From positions 2,635 to 66,634 of IMG/VR virus record IMGVR_UViG_3300047561_000672: DNA of 64,000 nt; one strand, 5' to 3'. A program made the position numbers and the translations under genes. The stretch is from a virus. Taxonomy: Duplodnaviria > Caudoviricetes. Every line of letters starts with the position of its first letter. Within the stretch, counting starts at the first letter, position 1. Below are positions 1-8,170 of the stretch, one piece after another. The notes under the pieces are model-generated. The model was given only the letters and a program-made list of their open reading frames with translations. It ran no database searches and was not told the DNA's origin.

Positions 1-11
1 TGTAAGATTTT

Positions 12-266
12 TCATTTGTTTTTATTTGACCAATTCCAAGTAAAAGCAACTCGGTCTTCAATGGTTTCCTCTGTTTCAAGAAACTTTTGTGCATCGTTGA
101 GGGTATCAAAATAAATATCGTTGTGCCCTCCAGTTCTTCCGCTCAATGGAATGCGAAAGTTATGGAAAGTTGGGTTATTTTCCTCCTGATACTGAGGAAC
201 AAAATGGTTTTTTCCCTCGTTTTTGGTTATTACAACTCTATAGGCTGTGCGTATTGATGTTTTCAT
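12..266 (-). CDS. hypothetical protein (84 aa)
   Basis: ATG ORF co-oriented with and overlapping its neighbours; a further gene starts at ~15 and runs off the window edge. Confidence 0.6.
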   Translation of the reverse strand: MKTSIRTAYRVVITKNEGKNHFVPQYQEENNPTFHNFRIPLSGRTGGHNDIYFDTLNDAQKFLETEETIEDRVAFTWNWSNKNK

Positions 267-1017
267 TGCGTTTTGGATATGGTTTAATTATGTGGTTTAT
301 TGCCTTGGTATGGCGTTTTTTTACTAGCTGCCCTCCCCTGAAGGCAAAATATCGGTGCTTGGAGTGCTGTTTTACTTTCTGTACGTCTGGATAGCGGGCT
401 TTGATGGTCTCCCAGCGTGTACACCCTATCTTACTCCTGAGTGATCGTGATCCGTAGAGCTTCCCATTGATCAACCACCCATCGCGGTAGGCTACCTTCC
501 TCATTGCCCCAACGTAGTGGAACCCACACGCTTGGTAGATTGTGCCTATCTCTCCTGCGGCCCAGTCGGTGGTAGCTGTCACAACTTCGTATTTCTTGGG
601 TAAAAGGTCCATGGATCGGCGGATTAGTTTTGACCCAGCGTGGGGATGCGCCCAGTGGACACACGCACCTCTGGAGAGAAGCACCATCTTACCCTCAAAC
701 CCATAGCGCGACCAGTCGGCCCCGCCTTTGAGTTTCCCGCTTCTGACAGTAGCACCCGAGTTTTCCGAGTATTCAGGTCCATAGCAAACCACTCCCCCAC
801 AATGGCCGTCAAAGAAGATCCCATACATATGCCATACTACAGCAGGCATGCATCCCAACCACTCGTACTCCAAGATGATGGCTTCGCATGTGGCCCTGTC
901 TATTTCTCTGACTTCGGCCTTGTCGATAGACCGATCTATCGACTCCCACCACTGGCCAAAGAGATCATTGTCCTCACTAGCTTTTCTCTCCCTGATTAAC
1001 TTTTGATGGGCTTTCAT
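238..1017 (-). CDS. Mom-like (GNAT-fold) DNA adenine modification protein
   Basis: Motifs LLSRGACV...SKLIRRS...VVTATTDWAAGEIGTIYQACGFHYVG resemble the Mu Mom family signature (ELxR...S...D...G.IYQA.NF.Y.G). Confidence 0.7.
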   Translation of the reverse strand: MKAHQKLIRERKASEDNDLFGQWWESIDRSIDKAEVREIDRATCEAIILEYEWLGCMPAVVWHMYGIFFDGHCGGVVCYGPEYSENSGATVRSGKLKGGADWSRYGFEGKMVLLSRGACVHWAHPHAGSKLIRRSMDLLPKKYEVVTATTDWAAGEIGTIYQACGFHYVGAMRKVAYRDGWLINGKLYGSRSLRSKIGCTRWETIKARYPDVQKVKQHSKHRYFAFRGGQLVKKRHTKAINHIIKPYPKRNENINTHSL

Positions 1018-1291
1018 AGTGGCGGAACCAAGTATTGATATTGTCGTAGGCTTCGTTGCGCTGTTTGATTACTAGTTCAAGCCTAGCTTTCATATATCGA
1101 AGCTCTGCGAGAAGCTGTTGGTTTTCTCCTTCGACTACTGCGTTTTGGTGGGTTGCTTCCTGTAGCTTTCTACAGATTGGTTGTACACCTAGATGTTTAT
1201 TCCACTCAATCCCACACGACTTGCAAGTTGGGGCTGGAGCCACCTCTGTGGATGGCCCCAGCATGGTATTCAATTCTCCAACTTCTCCCAC
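977..1291 (-). CDS. hypothetical protein, CxxC plus coiled coil
   Basis: ORF in operon; CKSC...C motif followed by a heptad-rich helix. Confidence 0.6.
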   Translation of the reverse strand: MGEVGELNTMLGPSTEVAPAPTCKSCGIEWNKHLGVQPICRKLQEATHQNAVVEGENQQLLAELRYMKARLELVIKQRNEAYDNINTWFRHYESPSKVNQGEKS

Positions 1292-1533
1292 TAGAACGGG
1301 ATCTCTTCTCCGCGCTGCTCGTTGCGGTCAGCGGTTTCTTTCTTCTTGAACGGAGGGCCGAACTTCAAGGACAGGTAGTTCTTACCAGCCTTGCTCACCT
1401 GTTTCCAGATGGCCACTTCCAGTTCTTTTCCGTCGATGAGGACGGGTCCGCTGCACCAAGGTGCCTTGGGATTGTTGTTGTTGTCACGGGGGAAAGCCAC
1501 ACCGCTGTTATCTTTTTGCTGTTTGTTGTCCAT
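1291..1533 (-). CDS. small ssDNA-binding-like protein (DUF736-like OB fold)
   Basis: DNSGVAF...P...G...IDGKELEVAIWK..SKAGKNYLSL pattern and acidic EEIPF C-terminus typical of phage SSBs. Confidence 0.65.
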   Translation of the reverse strand: MDNKQQKDNSGVAFPRDNNNNPKAPWCSGPVLIDGKELEVAIWKQVSKAGKNYLSLKFGPPFKKKETADRNEQRGEEIPF

Positions 1534-1537
1534 TGTA

Positions 1538-2038
1538 TTATTTTATTTTTATTGTTGTGTCACTTATGGCGAGCAGATCCATTGTTGGAACTATCGTCAT
1601 AATATCTTTTCTACCATTGCGTTGGTAAAGTTGGTACGGCTTGGGCCGATCTGAAAATGGTTGCCTGTCTGTAATGCGTTCAACAAAGTGGACTAGCTTA
1701 GTCCTCTTGACCACAATCCAGTAAGCTCTCGTCTCAAATGCTATGTAGTGGGCGTCTCCGTACACCCAACCAAGGAGTCCGTGGACGTTGCGTAGCTCAA
1801 TGAAGTGGATTCTGTCGGTAGGCTCCTCGTCTTTGCGGGCCATCTTCTTCATCGCCTTCACATCGTACTTGATGCCGATGGACGCCACATCCCAATGGCC
1901 GTTGATATTCTCATCTTTAGAAGCGAACACGGGATCTTTGACCATGGCGGCAAAACGGTGCTCTGCACTGTCCCCATACTCGTAAGAATTGCTCCATTTC
2001 ATTGAAGTAGTAGACATGGTAGCAAGCAATACGTTCAA
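1538..2038 (-). CDS. PD-(D/E)XK-like nuclease-fold phage protein
   Basis: E...HWDV...YDVK core followed by ELRNVHG..GWVYGDAHYIAF. Confidence 0.5.
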   Translation of the reverse strand: MNVLLATMSTTSMKWSNSYEYGDSAEHRFAAMVKDPVFASKDENINGHWDVASIGIKYDVKAMKKMARKDEEPTDRIHFIELRNVHGLLGWVYGDAHYIAFETRAYWIVVKRTKLVHFVERITDRQPFSDRPKPYQLYQRNGRKDIMTIVPTMDLLAISDTTIKIK

Positions 2039-2108
2039 TCTTTTGGAGAAATAACATCCATGGCTATCCGAAAGATGGTGATAGCTATAGCTAAATAAAG
2101 CAACGACT

Positions 2109-2294
2109 CTAGCACTGGCTCCATTGGGTGGTTTCTAAATGGACTACAGCCATTGATGCTGTTGCGTTGTCCAAGTCGTTGGTAAATACGCAGTTGTCGG
2201 ATACTCCATAACAGGTTTCCTGTAGGAAGTTCATCACTTTCTCGGCGTCGAGGTTGTTGTCTCGGACGTACTGCGTAAGTGGATTCAACTGCAT
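2109..2294 (-). CDS. hypothetical protein (61 aa)
   Basis: Internal ATG 2294 (MQLNPL...) just after a terminator hairpin; the upstream extension in the ORF track reads through the hairpin. Confidence 0.5.
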   Translation of the reverse strand: MQLNPLTQYVRDNNLDAEKVMNFLQETCYGVSDNCVFTNDLDNATASMAVVHLETTQWSQC

Positions 2295-2346
2295 AAAAAA
2301 GGGAGGAGGTGGATGGGGAAAACCACTAACACCCACCCACCCCCTC
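2295..2346 (-). terminator. intrinsic terminator-like hairpin
   Basis: On - strand GAGGGGGTGGGTGG pairs with CCATCCACCTCCTC (14 bp incl. G-U), followed by CCTTTTTT. Confidence 0.6.
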
Positions 2347-2556
2347 AAGTTGTTTAGAGCAATGACAGTATGCGTTGCTTGGCCCAGCGGAGCAGTTGGG
2401 AACATGTCTTTGCGACATATACCAAATCATCCCGCTGTATGTGACCAGCAAAACCAACGCTACCATAAGGCCCGTAAACAATGCCCGATTGTAGTGTGTA
2501 CCACATGTGATATCACCTCCTTTAGTTGTTAAAGAACGGTGGTGATTATAACCCAT
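2326..2556 (-). CDS. hypothetical protein with one TM segment
   Basis: ATG 2556 directly after the TAG of the previous gene; hydrophobic stretch ALFTGLMVALVLLVTYSGMIW. Confidence 0.4.
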   Translation of the reverse strand: MGYNHHRSLTTKGGDITCGTHYNRALFTGLMVALVLLVTYSGMIWYMSQRHVPNCSAGPSNAYCHCSKQLEGVGGC

Positions 2557-2557
2557 A

Positions 2558-2704
2558 CTACTGGCGGGCCACAATGAGAAAACCAATGTTGGCTAAACTG
2601 TAACCTCCGAACACGATGGCCATAGGGGTATTGCCCTTACTCATAAAGTCCAGAGCGGTAACGATGTAGCACATCGTACACACCCCTATGGCCCAGAAGC
2701 TCAC
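2558..2704 (-). CDS. small two-TM membrane protein (48 aa, not in ORF track)
   Basis: Read manually: GTG overlapping upstream TGA; MSFWAIGVCTMCYIVTALDFMSKGNTPMAIVFGGYSLANIGFLIVARQ; fills the gap exactly. Confidence 0.6.
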   Translation of the reverse strand: MSFWAIGVCTMCYIVTALDFMSKGNTPMAIVFGGYSLANIGFLIVARQ

Positions 2705-2934
2705 AATTTTGTTTTCTTTGTTTTTTTATTTTTGGCCACTTGTTTCTTGTAAGCGGCCATATTTTTCTTCTTAACCGACTCGGCCCATTCTTTTGTGGCT
2801 TCGCTCAAACGTAGTGCATCGGCCTTATCGTCCCTCTCTTCGGACTTACGTTGTTCGTATCCGTAGTACGACCCAAGCATGAATAGCGTTGTACCAACAA
2901 TTATCTGAATAATCACTATTGCGATAGTTGTCAT
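2701..2934 (-). CDS. hypothetical membrane-anchored protein
   Basis: MTTIAIVIIQIIVGTTLFMLGSYYGY N-terminal TM, Lys-rich tail. Confidence 0.6.
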   Translation of the reverse strand: MTTIAIVIIQIIVGTTLFMLGSYYGYEQRKSEERDDKADALRLSEATKEWAESVKKKNMAAYKKQVAKNKKTKKTKL

Positions 2935-2938
2935 TGGT

Positions 2939-3241
2939 TTATTCTCCTTGGTTGCACTGGACGATTGGACTCCCATCGTTGGGGAGTTGCTTTCCGCATT
3001 TCGGACAGATGTATGTCGAGCCGCTATTTGAAATATCGCTAACAACAGAGTCCATAGCCTCTTTTGTCAGAACGACATCAACAAACTCCGTTGTTTTGAT
3101 TCCGTTGTTTTCGTGGTATTTCTCACCGCGAACAATAGCCAATGACTCGGTATCGGTTTCTGCGGTTGTGTATTGCGTTGCGATGTAGGCGTTGAAAAGC
3201 CTGTCGCGCAACTGTTGTTCTTTGTCTTGTGCTTCTTCCAT
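2939..3241 (-). CDS. hypothetical protein with C-terminal Zn ribbon
   Basis: CPKCG...C motif; operon context. Confidence 0.6.
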   Translation of the reverse strand: MEEAQDKEQQLRDRLFNAYIATQYTTAETDTESLAIVRGEKYHENNGIKTTEFVDVVLTKEAMDSVVSDISNSGSTYICPKCGKQLPNDGSPIVQCNQGE

Positions 3242-3244
3242 AAA

Positions 3245-3469
3245 TTAAATCCTCGTGTGGGTGTCCTCTTCGTTACTAAAGCGTACAAATGTCGATCCAG
3301 CAAGGTACATGTGGTCAAGCTTGATAGGATCTTCATCGGGCGTCCAGAAAAAATACCCTTCTCCAACATCAACAATTGACTCTTTGGTAATATACCCAAA
3401 GTGGGTTTCTTGGAAGGTGTCAACTTCCTTCCACGGGGTTACCATTTCAAATGTCGATACAAGGCTCAT
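3245..3469 (-). CDS. hypothetical protein
   Basis: ATGA overlap with the dCMP deaminase stop. Confidence 0.55.
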   Translation of the reverse strand: MSLVSTFEMVTPWKEVDTFQETHFGYITKESIVDVGEGYFFWTPDEDPIKLDHMYLAGSTFVRFSNEEDTHTRI

Positions 3470-3885
3470 AGGTATATCAGTGATACTTCTGCTTCTTTTG
3501 CCATCTCCTCACCTTTGACAAAGGATTCCATCCAGCGTTCAATCTTATTTTCTGGGCAGTAGATTTGCTTAATCCCCGATTGGATGATAGCTGCCATACA
3601 ATGGGCGCATGGTTGGCACGGATGGATGTAAATGGAATACCCCTCCAGAGGCTCTTTTGCGGCGATTATGGCGTTAAGCTCCGCATGGACAGTGAATAGC
3701 AGCTTGTACTTACGGTCATATATACGATCAACTGAGTCATCTACTCCCCGTGGGAATCCATTGAACCCTATAGAGGCTATGGTTTTGTCGGACCTGACAA
3801 TTACAGCACCAACCTGTGTTGAATTGTCCTTGCTCCACTTGGCCACATGGGAGGCCAACTCAAGGAATCTATTGTTCCACTTCAT
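3466..3885 (-). CDS. dCMP deaminase
   Basis: SKD.STQVGAVIV, GFNGFPRG, HAELNAI and PCAHC zinc-binding motifs. Confidence 0.92.
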   Translation of the reverse strand: MKWNNRFLELASHVAKWSKDNSTQVGAVIVRSDKTIASIGFNGFPRGVDDSVDRIYDRKYKLLFTVHAELNAIIAAKEPLEGYSIYIHPCQPCAHCMAAIIQSGIKQIYCPENKIERWMESFVKGEEMAKEAEVSLIYL

Positions 3886-4105
3886 CTATTTTTTTGTTGA
3901 TAGAGGCAAGAATGTGCCCTTTCATGGCCAACTCGTACTCTTCTCTAGCCCGCCTCATATTAAGCTCAAACCCCATCAATTTAACAGTTTCCTCAACTGT
4001 TGTTAAATCAGATATGGCATATTTTGCGACATACTGTGCAATTGAATTGAGTTCATTACATGATGGGCATGGAATATTCTCTTGGCCGTTCATTAGATCA
4101 ATCAT
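3869..4105 (-). CDS. hypothetical protein (CxxC)
   Basis: CPSC motif, operon overlaps at both ends. Confidence 0.55.
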   Translation of the reverse strand: MIDLMNGQENIPCPSCNELNSIAQYVAKYAISDLTTVEETVKLMGFELNMRRAREEYELAMKGHILASINKKIDEVEQ

Positions 4106-4670
4106 AGTACATGTCTGTTAATTTTATGGGTGGGTAAAGCGCGTTCTGGAGAGTCACAATCTTTTTAGGCATGGCCTTCCAGATATCAGGGCTGTTGTAG
4201 CTGGACTTACACCATTTACGGCAGTTGTAGGTCCAATTGTACCCAATGATGTAGGCATTGGCCTTCTGGCTGTACTCCTCAATGTCGATGGGCAGTTTGT
4301 TTGCGATGATTTTTCTTAGTGACCGTTTCTCGCAGTCCCACTCAAGCTCAACAACCTTTCTGATAACATCGTCAACATAATTGACTTGCTTACCATTGAG
4401 CCATTCATCCATAGCCCCAACGGCATCCTCTCTGACGGAATGCCATTTCTTGCGCTGTGTTGATTGGTCAACATGGCATGTTTCGTGGACAAAGACCCCA
4501 AGCCAGTCCTCAAGAGGCAATTTTGTGGCTATGCGTATTTCGGTATTGGTGGCCCATCCAACTGTTTCAGAACACCCACACTTGATCCTCTCCTTGGGTA
4601 CAAAGGTAATCCTTATACCCTTGTATTTCAGAATGGACTTCCCAAGAAAAGCTACGATATGTGGGTTCAT
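4098..4670 (-). CDS. putative zincin-like metallopeptidase
   Basis: HExxH motif (VFVHETCHVDQ) with downstream ELEWDCE. Confidence 0.55.
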   Translation of the reverse strand: MNPHIVAFLGKSILKYKGIRITFVPKERIKCGCSETVGWATNTEIRIATKLPLEDWLGVFVHETCHVDQSTQRKKWHSVREDAVGAMDEWLNGKQVNYVDDVIRKVVELEWDCEKRSLRKIIANKLPIDIEEYSQKANAYIIGYNWTYNCRKWCKSSYNSPDIWKAMPKKIVTLQNALYPPIKLTDMYYD

Positions 4671-4822
4671 TCTTCTTCTTGACCATCTTCTTCTTCTATT
4701 CGTTCAAACAATTGTCGTATAGGGTTGTCTTGAAACCCCTGCTCTTGTTCTGGGAACGGCATAAGGACTCCTGTATCATCAAAGTTGACAAGTAAGTCTT
4801 TATCAAAAGTAAATTGGTTCAC
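4667..4822 (-). CDS. small acidic protein (51 aa, not in ORF track)
   Basis: Read manually: GTG 4822, MNQFTFDKDLLVNFDDTGVLMPFPEQEQGFQDNPIRQLFERIEEEDGQEEE; TGA overlaps next ATG. Confidence 0.55.
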   Translation of the reverse strand: MNQFTFDKDLLVNFDDTGVLMPFPEQEQGFQDNPIRQLFERIEEEDGQEEE

Positions 4823-4834
4823 AGTGAAACAATT

Positions 4835-5731
4835 CTATAATCGTTTCTTCCTGTTCGCGAGTTTTTTCTTGGTGAGTTTCGAGGCTGATATGTTTTTCAC
4901 CCTTTTAATAGGCTCAGTTCCCCAACCATTAACAAGTCCTGATAACTTATTGGCGTTTTGGGCAAACCATTTGGAGTCAGCGAGGAACATTTTGACCGTA
5001 GGGTGATATTTCTTCATCCGCTTTAGTTTGGTAATGCTTTTCTTGTCCATCCATCCCTTGACTTCATGGTAAACAACATCTCCATTATTTTCGATTACCT
5101 TGAAGTCTGGAAGGTAGGAGCAGACCCCACGCCTTATTCCATCAAACCAAAATGTTTCAGGCTCATGCTCCCAAGACTGGATGGACCCATTGGCGCGTAG
5201 CCATTCCAAGTAGTAAGCGTAGTTAGACTCCCAGAGACTGCGAGCAAAGATCTCTTGGCCTCCTATTTGATGCCATCCGTTCTTGCATCGTGAATATCCT
5301 CCATAGTGACTGCGTCTCATTCGTATTGTCATTGTTCTTTTCTTTGTTGATCCCAAGGTTGCACACGATATGGAGCAGAACCTTCTTTTATTTGCCATGG
5401 AAGGTATCACGCCAAATTCTTTGTGGCAATATTCACAGTTAAGTTTTGTTTTTGGTATTGCAGGCTTTGGCCATTTTGCAAGTATCTTATTTCCTGTGTA
5501 TGTTCCAGAACAATTTCTAGAGCAGAAGATTCCACGTGGAGATATAGTTGTTATTGGGAAAACCTTGCCACACCACTTACACGTTCCGTTTCCGCGATCT
5601 TTTTTGTTTAACTCTTTAAGACGTTCTTTGTCGTTGTAGGCACATTTGGTACAACAATAGGTTCTGGTTTTTATGCCATTAAATTCTTTGCCGCACTGTT
5701 TACACTTATGTTCAAATGAGAAGCATTTCAT
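4835..5731 (-). CDS. Zn-finger-repeat PD-(D/E)XK (TnsA/DUF1064-like) endonuclease, homing-type architecture
   Basis: Three CxxC-x~12-CxxxC modules, then RSLWE.NYA...WEHEP...YLPDF...EVKG nuclease core; probable start MKCFSF at 5731 (ORF is open to 6016). Confidence 0.65.
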   Translation of the reverse strand: MKCFSFEHKCKQCGKEFNGIKTRTYCCTKCAYNDKERLKELNKKDRGNGTCKWCGKVFPITTISPRGIFCSRNCSGTYTGNKILAKWPKPAIPKTKLNCEYCHKEFGVIPSMANKRRFCSISCATLGSTKKRTMTIRMRRSHYGGYSRCKNGWHQIGGQEIFARSLWESNYAYYLEWLRANGSIQSWEHEPETFWFDGIRRGVCSYLPDFKVIENNGDVVYHEVKGWMDKKSITKLKRMKKYHPTVKMFLADSKWFAQNANKLSGLVNGWGTEPIKRVKNISASKLTKKKLANRKKRL

Positions 5732-6016
5732 TTTTTGTGCCTTACATTTTAAAGTATCTGAGGCAATCAAACAAGCGTTATCTTTTATGTTTCTGGGTCG
5801 AAGACGAATACGAGCTTCGGCCTTAGATTTTTGGTGTCCCATACCCGCTTGCCAGTCCAAGAATCGGTGCTGTTGCCAGCAATTCGTTTGCAGGTGTATC
5901 CCTTGGTTTGCCCAACCAACCTCCATCCATCTTTTTTTTGAATCGGGATTAAGGTCAACTCGTTCATACACTCCTCTTCTGATTTCTACGAAGCCGCTTG
6001 GTATCGTCGTGCCCAT

Positions 6017-6388
6017 CTATTTTAACCACTGGGCGTTGAATGTATTGGTGGACCCGCTCCTAAGAGAATGGGCCTGTAGTGCAACATTGGTAACATTGTT
6101 GGTGAAGGCTCTGGTCCTGTACGATCCCATGTAGTCGTAGGTGTAGAGTTGGTTCTGGCCCGATGGGTAAAGATAGGCACACATTGCATGGCCCTTAACC
6201 TTGTTGCTGCCGTCCCTGTAGTTGTATCTAAACACTTCCGACCACACTCCTTGGCGTTGTAGCCCCTGTCTGAATGCTATAGCTGTAGGTAGACAGGCAT
6301 TGGCCTCCATTTCCATCCAACGCTCTGGATTTGAAGGAGTGCATGAGGTTACTACTAAAATAGCAGTAATTAGTAGGTATTTAGTCAT
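6017..6388 (-). CDS. lipoprotein with putative papain/transglutaminase-like Cys-His-Asp triad
   Basis: MTKYLLITAILVVTS-C lipobox; ACLPTAIAF, GHAMCAY and YD motifs. Confidence 0.5.
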   Translation of the reverse strand: MTKYLLITAILVVTSCTPSNPERWMEMEANACLPTAIAFRQGLQRQGVWSEVFRYNYRDGSNKVKGHAMCAYLYPSGQNQLYTYDYMGSYRTRAFTNNVTNVALQAHSLRSGSTNTFNAQWLK

Positions 6389-6560
6389 GGAGTTTACCTT
6401 TGATAAAAGCATGGAGCGCACAGAGAAAGTCCATCTCTGGCTCCCTAATTTGAGAAGTGATGTAGTTGTCAATAGCATCCACTGTCTCCTTTAGCGAGTT
6501 TTTGTAGTGGTCTCTTTCGGCAACCATCCTGCTTTCGTAGATTTCTGGTTTGCTAGTCAT
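6381..6560 (-). CDS. hypothetical protein
   Basis: MTSKPEIYES... overlaps neighbours in operon. Confidence 0.5.
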   Translation of the reverse strand: MTSKPEIYESRMVAERDHYKNSLKETVDAIDNYITSQIREPEMDFLCALHAFIKGKLHD

Positions 6561-6963
6561 CTTGCAGCCTTTCGCGCAACACCTCTTGAGCTTGCACAAG
6601 TTGTCCTGTCGCCACCGCAAACGCCTCACGCGCCTCGTCGCGTTCGCGCAAGGCATCCGATAGCAACTTCCGTAAAACCTTAACGCAGCCACAATGCACC
6701 TCGTCAGGATGGTCTGCTTTTACGTGCTCGGCGGCATTTTCCCAATCGGCAAACGTCTCCAACGCCTTGTCGCGCTCCACGCGGATCTTCTCTGCCTCGT
6801 CGAACAGTGCGTCATACTTCGCCAACTGTTTGTGAAGCTCCTTGTTCGCCTCGTCGCGCTCGCGTTCCAGTTTGCGGGCAAAATTCACAAATGATTCTAT
6901 AGGGTTTTTTAATTCTTGGAGCCAGTTTGCCCATTGCCTATCTGTTTCTGGCGTGTTGCTCAT
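6553..6963 (-). CDS. coiled-coil hypothetical protein
   Basis: TPETD start and repeated ERERDEA heptads. Confidence 0.6.
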   Translation of the reverse strand: MSNTPETDRQWANWLQELKNPIESFVNFARKLERERDEANKELHKQLAKYDALFDEAEKIRVERDKALETFADWENAAEHVKADHPDEVHCGCVKVLRKLLSDALRERDEAREAFAVATGQLVQAQEVLRERLQDD

Positions 6964-7217
6964 TTGTCCCACCTCTTCTTAAGATGACCGTAGTCACGGG
7001 GTTCAGTAACCCCCATGTCGCCTCCGCAGACGCCGCAGGTATCAATGTGCCAAGTTGCGCCATATGGATTGCCCTCGGGGCGTTTGCCGTGCTTTCGGCC
7101 ACATTCCTTGCAAATCCACTCTGGATACTTGTTCTTTTTAAAGATGGTATCGTAGTTGTTACGATACTTGTTCCAGTTGGACTTACGGTGTCTTGATCCT
7201 TTGCCAGTAAATGTCAT
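6960..7217 (-). CDS. small protein with Zn finger
   Basis: GKGSRHR...Y..NYDTIF N-terminus plus CxxC...CxxC; ATGA overlaps. Confidence 0.6.
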   Translation of the reverse strand: MTFTGKGSRHRKSNWNKYRNNYDTIFKKNKYPEWICKECGRKHGKRPEGNPYGATWHIDTCGVCGGDMGVTEPRDYGHLKKRWDK

Positions 7218-7672
7218 TTGATGATTCCTTCTTGTCTCGCCTGTGCTGCCACTTGTCCAACAAATTCGCGGCTGCAATTGAACTCAATAGCAATACTATG
7301 GAGTGCAACTGTGGGATTGGCAATCATGTAGCCTAAAACCTTGAATGCCCTGCATCCCTCCCTCAAGCGCGACCTTGTATGGGGCTTGCGTCCAACCACC
7401 ATCCCGTGGGTTCGTAAGGCTCTAGATACGGTGTATACGCTGACATTGAGTTTTTCTGCCAGTCCTAGGAGTCCAAGCGGGCCTTCGGAAAGAGCGTTGT
7501 CAATTTGTTCTTTTGAGATACCTTTGTTTTTTGCGGTTACGGAGTTGCGTTTCAGTATCAATCTTACAGTTTGATATTTAACCCCATAGCTTGCCACCAT
7601 CTCGTTGATGGTCATTGTTGATGCGTTTGCAAGGATCTGCTCTACCACTTCTTTTGGTGTATGTTTTGCCAT
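7214..7672 (-). CDS. multi-HTH DNA-binding protein
   Basis: Three HTH-like units (TINEMVASYGVKYQTVRLIL; LLGLAEKLNVSVYTVSRAL; LHSIAIEFNCSREFVGQV); first gene of the leftward operon. Confidence 0.6.
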   Translation of the reverse strand: MAKHTPKEVVEQILANASTMTINEMVASYGVKYQTVRLILKRNSVTAKNKGISKEQIDNALSEGPLGLLGLAEKLNVSVYTVSRALRTHGMVVGRKPHTRSRLREGCRAFKVLGYMIANPTVALHSIAIEFNCSREFVGQVAAQARQEGIIK

Positions 7673-7744
7673 AGCATACTTTGACACGACAACTTGCCAT
7701 ACGTTCAAAGTTTTTCTTTGACTTTGTTTGAACGAGTTGTAGGT

Positions 7745-8160
7745 TGCCCGTGTCTTAACAGACGATACCCACCACCAGCGGGTGGGACTAACATAGCCGC
7801 TGAACCCTGAATCCGTAGGTATGCAAGGATAAAACCGCCGAACGATCAGCAATCCGACCCAAGAAGTGATCAAAACGCCGTCTTGGGAATTCCATCCGCT
7901 AGTTGGGGTGGATAAAGAGCCAGCGCAAGCTGGGAGGTGGGGAGATAATTGCTATCGGTACAAAGATTGGCATCCTCGGAGCCGAATTATCTCTATGGCA
8001 CAACATCTAAGCGACAACGTGAGGGATGGTTACTGTCAAAAATCCATACTTAGCCCCTGCGGGGGCGAGGTATGGGCAAACGATCTTTCGCTCTTCCGTA
8101 GGGATAGAATTGTCAATGTGCGAGTAGCGGCGTTTCGGGCTTTAGAGTAAATGAGCCGCA
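7745..8160 (+). ncRNA. candidate large structured non-coding RNA (unassigned)
   Basis: No credible ORF; many perfect helices, a GCAA tetraloop and two pseudoknot-type pairings (see findings); strand inferred from the GNRA loop. Confidence 0.45.
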
Positions 8161-8170
8161 GTACCAGTAC

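Noticed and set aside
7866-8150. 94-aa ORF in the structured intergenic region, and the 67-codon N-terminal extension of the HTH ORF (7673-7873)
   Set aside because: No start context or protein features; the sequence is better explained by base pairing
7745-8160. RNase P, tmRNA, group I/II intron or cobalamin riboswitch identity
   Set aside because: Only fragmentary resemblances (AAACCGCCGA, GTGCG, GCCCCCGCA); the core signatures (GAGGAAAGUCC, T-loop/CCA end, P7 GACU/AGUC, domain V, B12 box) are absent
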